From Candidatus Niyogibacteria bacterium RIFCSPLOWO2_01_FULL_45_48 (GTDB lineage Bacteria > Patescibacteriota > Minisyncoccia > HO2-45-28), in NCBI GenBank assembly GCA_001819395.1, contig MHMQ01000015.1, positions 1-33,835 on the forward strand: 33,835 nucleotides of DNA. Direction: 5' to 3'. Position 1 is the first letter of the stretch, and each line of letters begins with the position of its first letter. The notes below the pieces were generated by a model that saw only the letters and a program-made list of their open reading frames with translations, had not been told where the DNA came from and ran no database searches. Shown in pieces: positions 1 through 8,900 of this stretch. A program made the translations under genes and the position numbers.

Positions 1-3000
1 AAGATTTGATTTAAAAACCGAAATTGCGGTAGCGGCGCTTACGTTCGTCTCTTTCTGGGTATGATTTCGAAAAACGGACGAGGATATGCTGAAAAAATCA
101 ACCTTTTGAAGCCCTAGGCCGTACCTAAAATTATTTTCAAAAACAGCGTTGGCCATAAAACCCGAGCCCTCTTCAATTCTTAATCCAGCCTTGTCTATGC
201 TTGACTGCTGGGTTATCAGACCACCAGCGTAACGAAGCGTAAAGCCTCGCATAGCGAAAACTCCGCCCTTTTTCACCTCAATTCCATACCAGCTCCCGTC
301 GGCAGGGAGAGTTGATGTGCCAAAGACATTTCCTCCGACAGAGTTGTCTTCCGTTGACGTAAAAATCAGGTCTGACGGAGAACTTCCGTCAAAGTATATT
401 TTTCCGTCTTTCTTTATCACCAGTCTTCCGGTATTTCCGGCATTACTGTTATGTCCTTTGACAACGACATTCGGTTCAAAAACGAGCACTGATCCGCCCG
501 TTACGTTTGCTTCCCCTTTAATAATATAGGGCAAAGGATTTGCGCCAAGAGTTGTTGTTGCTCCGACGGAAGAAATATTGTATGAGTTGCCGATAACTAT
601 TCCATTAAGACCGTTACCGGAGCCGCTATTGTTGCTAAAATAACCAACCGCGTTGTCAGCCTGAATCGCCGAAACGGCATTATTGTTAAAAATATTCCCG
701 GATATTGACGCTCCGGCCGTACTCCCGGAAAAGCCGTAACGAAAACCCTGAAAAGTGTTGTTATTTATTTCCGGAGCCCCTCCTCCCACGAGCAGGCCCG
801 CGGCATCCGAGTCGCTTGAAGGCTGCTCCATATAATAAGGAAATTTTACTCTGTCGTATCTAAAAATTGAGTCACTAACCGCGCCTGAAGAGTTTTTTAA
901 ATAAAGGCCGTGCTTTTTGGAGTATTCGATTGTCACCTTGTCGAATGTTACACTCGCGCCGTCAACGGCCACCATTGAACGCATGTCTGTATTGCTAGAC
1001 CACGCGCCTCCGTAACGAATTATTGTGTTTATAAATGACGAGTTTTGGCTAGTTGAGTTTACTAAAATCTGCATCCAGCTTCCGGGAACAGGGCAAGCGG
1101 CGGTGGAGGAGGCGTCTTGCGGATTGCAAATGCCGTCTTTGTTTGTATCGTCTCCGTATTCGTCGTCCGCAAAAGAGGTGAACACAATCGGGTCATCATC
1201 CTCCCCATTTGACTTTATTGTCCCGCCTACAATTATACGGGGGTCGTTGGAGCCGATAACTTTTATGACCGAGCCCGGATTGATGGTAAGCGTCACTCCC
1301 GCAAGAATGTTTAAGCCTTCTCTGGGAACAACATATGGGGAATTCTCTTTGGTAAGCGTCTTATCTCCCGACAAATTGCCGCGGGCTATGAGATGCGTTA
1401 CGCTGTTTTTTGCTTTAGGGGTGCCTTTGATCGCGCTACCGTCCGCGCTTTTGCCATTTAAGAGCACGAGCTCTTCCGGCCATTTTCCGAAAGCCGTGCC
1501 CCAGTTGCTTGTTTCGGCGCCGGAAACACGCGGGTCAATACGTTCCATTGTTTGTTTGGAAGTATTGTCTCCTTTCCCGCACCAGTTGTTGCATTTTATA
1601 ACCTCATCAACCGTGGTCGTCGCGCTTTCAAAAACTCTTTCCAGAAACAGCCTCTCGCCGGAGTTGTTCAGCGCCCAGCTTGCGCCGTCATTGCCGTAAA
1701 TCTGGTCAGTGGAAATATCGCTTATTGTGTTGTCATCCGTTCTTTCCAAAAGGTAATATCCTTTTGCCGGAATAGAGGGGCCCGCGAGAATAACATAAGG
1801 AGTGTTGTCTTCGGCGCGCAAAATCCAGCCGTTCATGTTAATTTCCTGCGAAGTGTTATTGTAAAGTTCAATCCATTCGTCTGCGGGCAAAGAAACTGAG
1901 GAAGAGGCTGTTCCCATCCAGGCAATTTCGTTTATGACCACAGGGCGGGAAGCCGTTTCGATGTTTTTGGAAACCTGCGCTTCGTTTCCGGTATTGTCAA
2001 AAATTTTCAGAGTGAAAATGTAAGAGGCGTAGTCGTTGAGAGCCTCGGAAATTTGAACGCTGGACGTTGCCGAAAAAGTTTTTGGAAAACCGGCGCAGAC
2101 GGTTTCGGCAAGGGAACAGCCGAGTTCGTATCCCGCGATGTCTACAGCCGAAGAAGACCAGACAAGAGTAGCGGTGGTAGAAGTTGAAAGGCATCCGGCG
2201 GTCAGCGAATTTCCACATTCCGCGATATCAAAATTTAAATCCGGCGCGATCGAATCAACAAAAATAGTTATTTCGAGGGGTGCTGAGATGTTGCCGGATG
2301 AATCCGAGGCAAAAAACTGAATCGTGGTTGATCCTTGCCCTAAAGATAATTCCAGAGACCATACTCCTGTTGTCGATGTTGTCGTGGCATCACCGGTAAT
2401 ATTTTGAGAAATAACCGATCCTGCCTCGGCTGTTCCGGAAAAGGTTACCGTAGATTCTTTGAACGCCGAAGAAAAATCGGCAGGTGTTGTGACGACAGGA
2501 GGCGCGGGCGGAGTTGTATCTTGTGCTGACGCGCTTGGCGAACCGCCTCCGCCGATGGCCCCGCCGCCGGATGGCAGCGCGACCAATCCGAATCGGTCGC
2601 GGATACCGCTGTCCGGCTCGCTCGGAAGTACGGCTTCCGGGACTAATTCCAAGATTGCTTCATCACCCCGAACCACTTCCCCTTCCGCACTTTCGGTTCC
2701 TTCTTCCCCTTCCGGAGATCGTATCTCCACAACAGCCGCTGCCTGCCCACTTGGCGGAGGAGTCGCCAAGTCGTCTTCCGGGCTGTCCAAATCCTCAAGC
2801 GTCACGCTTGAGCCGTAAAAAACAGATGCGACATTAAAAATTGTGTTTTTGGTGGCATCAAAAGCCTTTTGAAACCAGCTGCGATTTTTATTATATAAAA
2901 CTTTTGTTTCTTTCTCTTTCTCAACCTCGTCAAAAAATAATTTAATCACCCCGGCGCCATGCAAAACGGCTTGTTTGGAGAGACGGGACCAATAGTCGGT

Positions 3001-3948
3001 GAGGATTAGGTTGTCTAGATCTTCTAAAAAATAAATTTTTGTATCAGTAATAATATCGGCTTTAATTTTTGCTAACTTGTGTTTATCTGTTCCCTGACTT
3101 AAAACGAACGTTGCGATGTCCCCGCTACTAAGTTTCTCTTCCATCACCAATCCATCTTGAGGAGAAGAATAGGTGGCATCCTTGTCAGGAGTTGTATCCT
3201 TACTAAAAAAATTATTATTTGAATATGTAGCCAGATTATCAAAATACTCATCCAGAGAATTTAAAATAACCGGCCTTTCTTTATCTAACTTTGAAACCAA
3301 ATCAATGTTTTGATCATCAAATTTTTTAGTCCATCCCTCATAAGGACTGGCCTGATTGAATAATTCATCAAAATAAGGCGGGTGCGGGTCGTTTCTGGTG
3401 TGGTCGGGAACGCTTGCGTCTTGTATTAGGTGCAAAACATGTCCAAGGGCCTCTAACCCCCTGTCTTTATCGCCCCAGGCATATTCGTAAATAGCCCGTT
3501 CCCAGGAAAAATCTATGTCCGAAGAAAAATAGTCCCGAACAGTTCCGGCGGTTAAAGAATCGATACTCGCCTGCATAATTGAGCTTCCTGCCCAGCTTTT
3601 TGAGCTTGAATATTCCAATTTGAAGTTTGCGGCAACTCCGGCAAGATTTCCTCCGCCACCAAAGTCGTCTCCAAAAAGAACAAGTCCGCGATTATAAATC
3701 GGGTCATAAAAGTGGTGAAGCGCGCGAACCCCGTCGTCCTCATTCACACTCCCTTGTTTCAATAAAATTTTTTCACCGCCGCCCAATGGACTGTTGTCAA
3801 AATAAGAATTAAAAAAAACAATTGTCTCGTCTGTTAAAGCCGAGTGTGTTGCGGTGCTATAAGCAAAAACAAAAAACGGTCCCAACAAAAAAATTGCGGC
3901 CGTGATTATTAAAGCCGCAATTTTATTTACATGTCTATTATTTTCCAT
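1..3948 (-). CDS. Giant secreted multidomain protein, N-terminal ~1315 aa (C-terminus lies beyond window start). Predicted N-terminal signal/TM anchor, zinc-dependent phospholipase C-like domain (approx 3420-3800), Pro/Ser/Gly-rich linker (approx 2450-2830), lamin-tail domain (approx 1580-1960), right-handed beta-helix repeats (approx 1-1460).
   Basis: Manual minus-strand translation from ATG 3946-3948 (MENNRHVNKIAALIITAAIFLLGPFF...) reads to position 1 without a stop. The ORF track omits it because no stop lies in the window. Motifs seen: LHHFYDP and LGHVLHLIQDASVPDHTRND (compare Bacillus PLC HFYDPDNG / LSLHYLGDVNQPMHAAN). VVINEIAWMGTASS...DEWIELYN fits LTD. Repeated NNTFQGF / GNIFNNN / SGNGLNGIVIGNS segments are typical of beta-helix. 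All + strand track ORFs in 317-2837 are short antisense artefacts. Confidence 0.7.
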   Translation of the reverse strand, partial: MENNRHVNKIAALIITAAIFLLGPFFVFAYSTATHSALTDETIVFFNSYFDNSPLGGGEKILLKQGSVNEDDGVRALHHFYDPIYNRGLVLFGDDFGGGGNLAGVAANFKLEYSSSKSWAGSSIMQASIDSLTAGTVRDYFSSDIDFSWERAIYEYAWGDKDRGLEALGHVLHLIQDASVPDHTRNDPHPPYFDELFNQASPYEGWTKKFDDQNIDLVSKLDKERPVILNSLDEYFDNLATYSNNNFFSKDTTPDKDATYSSPQDGLVMEEKLSSGDIATFVLSQGTDKHKLAKIKADIITDTKIYFLEDLDNLILTDYWSRLSKQAVLHGAGVIKLFFDEVEKEKETKVLYNKNRSWFQKAFDATKNTIFNVASVFYGSSVTLEDLDSPEDDLATPPPSGQAAAVVEIRSPEGEEGTESAEGEVVRGDEAILELVPEAVLPSEPDSGIRDRFGLVALPSGGGAIGGGGSPSASAQDTTPPAPPVVTTPADFSSAFKESTVTFSGTAEAGSVISQNITGDATTTSTTGVWSLELSLGQGSTTIQFFASDSSGNISAPLEITIFVDSIAPDLNFDIAECGNSLTAGCLSTSTTATLVWSSSAVDIAGYELGCSLAETVCAGFPKTFSATSSVQISEALNDYASYIFTLKIFDNTGNEAQVSKNIETASRPVVINEIAWMGTASSSVSLPADEWIELYNNTSQEINMNGWILRAEDNTPYVILAGPSIPAKGYYLLERTDDNTISDISTDQIYGNDGASWALNNSGERLFLERVFESATTTVDEVIKCNNWCGKGDNTSKQTMERIDPRVSGAETSNWGTAFGKWPEELVLLNGKSADGSAIKGTPKAKNSVTHLIARGNLSGDKTLTKENSPYVVPREGLNILAGVTLTINPGSVIKVIGSNDPRIIVGGTIKSNGEDDDPIVFTSFADDEYGDDTNKDGICNPQDASSTAACPVPGSWMQILVNSTSQNSSFINTIIRYGGAWSSNTDMRSMVAVDGASVTFDKVTIEYSKKHGLYLKNSSGAVSDSIFRYDRVKFPYYMEQPSSDSDAAGLLVGGGAPEINNNTFQGFRYGFSGSTAGASISGNIFNNNAVSAIQADNAVGYFSNNSGSGNGLNGIVIGNSYNISSVGATTTLGANPLPYIIKGEANVTGGSVLVFEPNVVVKGHNSNAGNTGRLVIKKDGKIYFDGSSPSDLIFTSTEDNSVGGNVFGTSTLPADGSWYGIEVKKGGVFAMRGFTLRYAGGLITQQSSIDKAGLRIEEGSGFMANAVFENNFRYGLGLQKVDFFSISSSVFRNHTQKETNVSAATAISVFKSNL

Positions 3949-4385
3949 ACACTATTCTGATTTTTACTCAACAGCACTTCGTATTTTATAACTCGATTTT
4001 CATCAGTTATAACAAACCACGCTTTGTCGTTATCTGTTTTTGATAAACTAAGATTTTGTATCCTCCCCATTACATCACCCAATCCACCATTATTTTGTAC
4101 CGTAGCAAGATCATTTTTCGTCTTCTCCCTCTCTTCAACCACAAAATATTTACTCGCAAGGTCAATATCCCCCGCTTTTAGGGCGTCAATAAATAACTGC
4201 AAAGTTTCTTCCGGTGTTTTTCCGCCGTAAGTATCTTCGGCATATTGTTTTTCAAGGTCGGCATAATAGCGAAGCGCCTTCTGCTCGGGACTATTGTAAT
4301 AGTTGAGATAATAAATAGAGCCAAACACCAAAACGATAATCAACGCGAACCCTGCCACAAACTTCAAAGACGTTCTGTTCACCAT
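3927..4385 (-). CDS. Hypothetical small membrane-anchored protein (152 aa, single N-terminal TM helix)
   Basis: Track ORF. Hydrophobic stretch FVAGFALIIVLVFGSIYYL followed by a soluble domain. Its start codon directly follows the stop of the upstream transposase gene. Confidence 0.55.
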   Translation of the reverse strand: MVNRTSLKFVAGFALIIVLVFGSIYYLNYYNSPEQKALRYYADLEKQYAEDTYGGKTPEETLQLFIDALKAGDIDLASKYFVVEEREKTKNDLATVQNNGGLGDVMGRIQNLSLSKTDNDKAWFVITDENRVIKYEVLLSKNQNSVWKIIDM

Positions 4386-4388
4386 ATT

Positions 4389-5090
4389 TTAATTTTTGAC
4401 AAGAGCCGTGCTCTTGTCAGCATTTGTCCAGTCTGTTAAAAATTTCCAATATTCTTCGCTGTTATTGTCAAAACACTCAATTACCGGCCCTTTTTCAATA
4501 ATCGGCGCAAATTCTTCTCTTGTTTCAAGATATTCCGGCAAACTTGACCATTTATAGTCTCTTAAAAACTTCTCTGCCCCCACCTTATCCTCAACATATC
4601 CCCGCTCTTTCCACATTGGATCAAAAATTTTAAGCGGATTTAGATGAATGTACCGGCTTGTGTGAGTATATTGTATATCATTTTCCACATGAACCGCTTT
4701 AAAGCGCCCGCTAAACAAAGGTCCGGAACGTTTATACTTAGTATTAAAATATAGCGCGTGGCTGGTTTCAAGGCGATGCATAAAGATGCTTATATTACTC
4801 TCTCCTAATTCTTTTACGAGCAGATGGAAATGGTTTGGCATTAAACACCACGCCAAAATTTCAACCAGTCGCTCTCCTTCTTTACTGTCTGTGTCAAGAG
4901 CCGTGCTCTTGCCATCCTTTCCAAGCACACGATCCATTCTAACTGGCCTACCGGAAGTATCGTTTAGATAAAACAGCAAAGCAATAAACCTGTGTCTATC
5001 AAAATCATTTTCAAATATAATCCTTTTTTCTACGCCTCTAGAAAAAATATGGTATATTTCTCCTTCCACAAACTCTATGCCACGAATCAT
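4389..5090 (-). CDS. REP-associated tyrosine transposase (RAYT, TnpA_REP; IS200/IS605 HuH Y1 transposase fold), 233 aa
   Basis: HuH motif LMPNHFHLLV. Catalytic Tyr in the RAYT-type context SRYIHLNPL. Flanked by inverted REP-like hairpins. Contains an internal REP-derived insertion (GKDGKSTALDTDS). The last 9 aa (DKSTALVKN) are encoded by a REP copy. Confidence 0.8.
   Translation of the reverse strand: MIRGIEFVEGEIYHIFSRGVEKRIIFENDFDRHRFIALLFYLNDTSGRPVRMDRVLGKDGKSTALDTDSKEGERLVEILAWCLMPNHFHLLVKELGESNISIFMHRLETSHALYFNTKYKRSGPLFSGRFKAVHVENDIQYTHTSRYIHLNPLKIFDPMWKERGYVEDKVGAEKFLRDYKWSSLPEYLETREEFAPIIEKGPVIECFDNNSEEYWKFLTDWTNADKSTALVKN
4397..4419. repeat. REP-like palindrome TGACAAGAGC-CGT-GCTCTTGTCA (copy 1, overlaps 3' end of RAYT CDS)
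   Basis: Perfect 10-bp arms and 3-nt loop read directly from the sequence. Confidence 0.85.
4892..4914. repeat. REP-like palindrome, copy 2 (TGTCAAGAGC-CGT-GCTCTTGCCA), internal to RAYT CDS
   Basis: Core CAAGAGCCGTGCTCTTG is identical to copy 1. It lies in-frame within the gene and encodes KSTAL. Confidence 0.8.
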
Positions 5091-5104
5091 TCTTTAAATA
5101 ATAT

Positions 5105-5137
5105 CACACTGACAAGAGCACGGCTCTTGTCAGTGTG
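5105..5137. repeat. REP-like palindrome, copy 3, extended 15-bp arms (CACACTGACAAGAGC-ACG-GCTCTTGTCAGTGTG), inverted relative to copies 1 and 2
   Basis: Perfect inverted repeat read from the sequence, immediately 5' of the RAYT start on the coding strand. Confidence 0.85.
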
Positions 5138-5154
5138 AATAACTTTATACTTAT

Positions 5155-5199
5155 ACAAGAGCCCCTGACAAGAGCACGGCTCTTGTCAGGGGCTCTTGT
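5155..5199. repeat. REP-like palindrome, copy 4, 21-bp arms (ACAAGAGCCCCTGACAAGAGC-ACG-GCTCTTGTCAGGGGCTCTTGT). Forms a tandem pair with copy 3.
   Basis: Perfect inverted repeat. The half-core CAAGAGC recurs inside the arms. Confidence 0.85.
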
Positions 5200-5213
5200 G
5201 AGTATTGCGCTCG

Positions 5214-5900
5214 TCAAAGAGAATCGAAAAGGGTTTGAAGGTCGCCGGTGGTGTCGGCGCCAGAGGAAATACCCTGATCCAAAATTTCTTCGGCCTTGGC
5301 CGTATTTTGCAAAATATCGCGATAAAAATTGGCTGTTTGGAAGTAGGTATAGCCGTTTTTCGGTTCTGCCCCTATCGCCCGAAGAAAGCTTTCTTCCGCT
5401 TTTTTGTGATCCTTAATGTAAAAAGCATAAAGATCAGCCAGATTCAAAAAAGACGTTGCGTTATCGGGCCGTAAAACTCCGGCGAAATCCCACGCCTCAA
5501 TAGCCCCCTCGTAGTCGCCTATTTGTTTTCTTAAAATACCGAGCTGAAGCCAGCCCTGAAGATAGTCGGAATTTCCTTTCAGCGTTGACGAGATCTCCTG
5601 TATTTGCAAAACAAGTTCTTGACGAGTCTTTTCCGGTATGTTCAAACCGGCGCTAATTTTAATCGGCCTTGACAAATCAGGAATTTTTAACTCTATTTTC
5701 TCCACAACCATGCCCGAAACGTCCCCTTCTGCCTCAATACTAATCCCGTTCCCTACCTCAATTTCCTTTGAAACTTCGTTTGTGTTTTTTACAGACTCCT
5801 CATCCGGCCTTAAATCCCGCCAAATTAAAAATCCAGCGGCAACCAGCGCCAAAGCCAGGAAGTAAAAAACCAGCTTTTGTTTAATTAAATTCATAACCAT
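5214..5900 (-). CDS. Membrane-anchored TPR-repeat protein
   Basis: Track ORF 5214-5912 begins at a TTG. ATG at 5898-5900 (MVMNLIKQK) is the more likely start. N-terminal TM helix. TPR-like helical repeats (LGILRKQIGDYEGAIEAWDFA, LADLYAFYIKDHKKAEESFLRAI). Confidence 0.6.
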   Translation of the reverse strand: MVMNLIKQKLVFYFLALALVAAGFLIWRDLRPDEESVKNTNEVSKEIEVGNGISIEAEGDVSGMVVEKIELKIPDLSRPIKISAGLNIPEKTRQELVLQIQEISSTLKGNSDYLQGWLQLGILRKQIGDYEGAIEAWDFAGVLRPDNATSFLNLADLYAFYIKDHKKAEESFLRAIGAEPKNGYTYFQTANFYRDILQNTAKAEEILDQGISSGADTTGDLQTLFDSL

Positions 5901-5915
5901 TATTTTAAACAAAAG

Positions 5916-5941
5916 AAAAACCCCCGTAAAGGGGGTTTTTC
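5916..5941. terminator. Intrinsic terminator hairpin AAAAACCCCC-GTAAA-GGGGGTTTTT (U/A runs on both sides, bidirectional)
   Basis: GC stem with flanking A and T runs, between the stop of the 1240-aa gene and the TPR gene start. Confidence 0.75.
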
Positions 5942-5983
5942 TTGGCCGTTAGGCCATAGCCCTAACTAATCCACAAGGATTGA

Positions 5984-8900
5984 TTAGTAAGTGCTGTTGA
6001 AGTACTCGGAGTTCATCTGTGTAGCCGGAAGACCGATTACACCATAGCCGTTTGTCCAGTCAAAGTCATCAATTGAAGCCGCGGTTGATGTTGAGCGGGG
6101 CGACCAGATGAAGTCGTCGTTCGTCAACTCCGCGTCAGTAGTTGTTGCCTTGAACATGTTGCCGGCTGTGGCTGGTTCGTCGTTGTTCAGGAAGGTGACC
6201 GGGTATGCCGCGTCACCGAGAAGAGCGACACTGAAGGTATCCTGCACGCTAGCGGTGCTTTCAACGTTGGCCACGGTGGCCTTGAAGGCAAAGTACCTGG
6301 TAGCGCCGTCGGCAACAACATAGGTGGTTGTTGCGTTACAGCCGTAACCAATGGCACCCTTGTCAGGATAAATCTCAACAACTGACGGAGCGTCTGTCCT
6401 ATCCGAAAGCTTGGCAGTGCTGGTGTGGAAGTTGTTTCCGCCTATGCAGTTTGCGTAGTTAATCAAGCCGTCGGAAGTAAATGCGGAATCAACAAGCGAG
6501 AAGCCGGAATCCGTGTAGGCGTAGAGTCCGAAACTAGTTGTCGTTGCCACCTCTGAAGACGAGCTGATGGAAAAGGACAACTTGTAAATCGCAAGGTCTC
6601 CTCCGCTTGCCATAACACTGAAACGATACAAGGTTTTGTTCGCTTCGGTTGTTCCGTTGGTCAAGGAGTTGCTCGGAACGCTAAGTTTGGCGAATGTCGG
6701 GTAGGACTTGTTGACACGAATACCGGATGAAGATGTGTCGCTGGCGGAAGGACCAATGTTGGTTCCTGAAGCCAATCCGACTCCGAAAGTACCGCCGGTG
6801 TAAGTGGAACTGCGCTCGTTATCACCGTCATAGTCAACCGTCAGGAAGTTTCCTGAAGCGGTAATCGGTCCCGAATCGGTAATCGCGCCTATATCGCCCT
6901 TAACAATCATAACTTTGGATCCGGATCGCGGAACAACAAAGTTTGTGATGTCGGACGAAGTCGCGGTATCACCAGTCGGGAATCCGGCCGTGCCAACCAT
7001 ATTACCCGCAGTGTCCCACAAAGTAACTTGCGAGCTAATCAGGTCAGTCGGCGCGTTTGAAGCAAAGCGGGAAAGCTGAAGGGCGACTTTTCGAAGCTCA
7101 ATATCTTCGTTAGTCGCGCTAAAGCGAACTCTTAACAACTCAACGCCTGCGGAGCCTGCGGTTACAATCTTGTACCCCGGGCTTCCGGCATCAAGCGCGA
7201 CTGAAAGAGAACCTCCCGAAGCAACGGTCATGGTCTGACCCTGGCTGTCGGTAATGGTTTCTGCAACCGTCTGACCGCTGGTTAGTCCTGTAGCACCCGT
7301 AAAGGTTGTCTGCGCGCCGTCAAGTCCCCATGTGTGGGTTTCGCCAGATCCGGCGGAAGCCGAAACATCGCACTTGAACTGCAGGGTCTTTGCCGTTCCT
7401 TTTGGAACAGTGAGTCCCGAGCCGTCAAGGACGAAGTTGGTGCCGGACGCGAATGAACCCGGATTGACGACATTTGAAGCATTAACAATCGTTGTGCCGT
7501 CGTAGATCTTGCAGTTGGTAAGATCGGTGGCTGAAGATCCTCCTCCGCCGTTATTTTCAATCGGCAAGCTGGTTACGCGAATGTCTTCTCCCGAAGCTGT
7601 CGCGTCAAGAACAATGCTTGCCAAGTGGAATTGCGCCGCTCCCGCGATAACGGTCTGCGCCAACGGGAAAGATGAAACCGAGAAAGCCAAAGCGCCTGCT
7701 TTTATGGTCATCAAGCTCATCGTAATCGGTGAAGTCGGGCTTGGAGTAATCGTGGTGTTTGTGATCTGTCCTCTGACGGTTCCCCATCCGGAAGGCGTGG
7801 TGGAAGCCTGGAAGGTGTCGTCGTTATCCAAGTCTGTTCCAATTTTACCTTTCAAAATATAAGAGTGGACGCCGACCGGGAAAGTGATGGTGTCAGAGAA
7901 TTTAATCTCACCGGTTGCGATTCCTGCGGCACCCGAGGCATTGCCTTCAGCGGCAACACCATCAACTGGACCCGCGATAACCGCGCCGTTTTCGTCATAA
8001 AGCGAAACACTGGTGATGTCGTCAGCATCTTCACTCGATCCTTCGTTTTCAAGATGAACGTTGAAGTGCATCGCTGCGACCGAAATCGGTTCGCCCTTGA
8101 CATCAACTGTGAAAGCGCCCAATGGCTGGTTCGCAAGGTTTATAGCAACATTTTGAGCAGGGGCCAAAACATTGTTAACAGAAACTGTCATTGTGCCTTG
8201 CGAGATGGTTACTTGTGCCGCGTCGTAGTACGGGTCATCCGCGTTGTTGAAGTCCGCGCCGTCAGTTGCGGCGGCTGCAGCATCAAACGGCGGATTAAGG
8301 CCGTAGCCGTAAAGCGCGCCCTGGAAGGCCACATCCGTGGTCTTCTGAATGTCAAAGTCAACCGTTCTTAACGATCCTCCGATGATATCACCCTTAATGG
8401 TGATTTCTTTGGAGAATCCTTTGGCCATCAAGACGCCTTTTCCGCTGTTTTCAACAAACACCGCAGTGTAGTATTTGCCGTCAGCGCTCACTGTAGGAAC
8501 ATATTCGCTTCCGTTGGCGTAAACCTTGACATTTGTCAAGTCATCCTTGGAAGCAGAACCTGACTGGTACCACCTGACGTATTTAATGTATACGTCTTCG
8601 GCGGAACCGGACGTGAATTTAACAGACGAGAAAGTGTAGGTTTTTGTTCCGACTTCTTTTGTCTGTGATGAACCCGGGTCAAGCGCTCCTCGCGCGGGAC
8701 CGGGGATGGTGCCGATGGTCAATGTTTCGTTGATTGTGTGGCCAGCGCCGACAACCGGGAATGAGCCGTTAACCGCGGCATTCGCGGCGACCGATGCTAC
8801 CGAAAGATAGGCAATCTGTCCGCCATATCCTCCGCCCGATGTTTGGGCGTTTCCGCCGACAACCACTGTTTTGGTCTGTCCGGCCTTAACCACAAAGTCC

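Noticed and set aside
317-2837. Several 60-224 aa + strand ORFs in the track (317-529, 1025-1699, 1552-1899, 2138-2320, 2459-2818, 2514-2837)
   Set aside because: They lie antisense to one continuous minus-strand reading frame that encodes recognisable PLC, LTD and beta-helix domains. Their sequences are low complexity (Pro/Ser/Arg-rich) and are typical of shadow ORFs.
1-3948. An alternative genetic code (UGA recoded) or a pseudogene, as an explanation for the lack of a long ORF in the first 3.9 kb
   Set aside because: Manual translation shows an intact standard-code frame. The track omits ORFs that have no stop inside the window. Other genes, for example the 1240-aa ORF, read through with the standard code.
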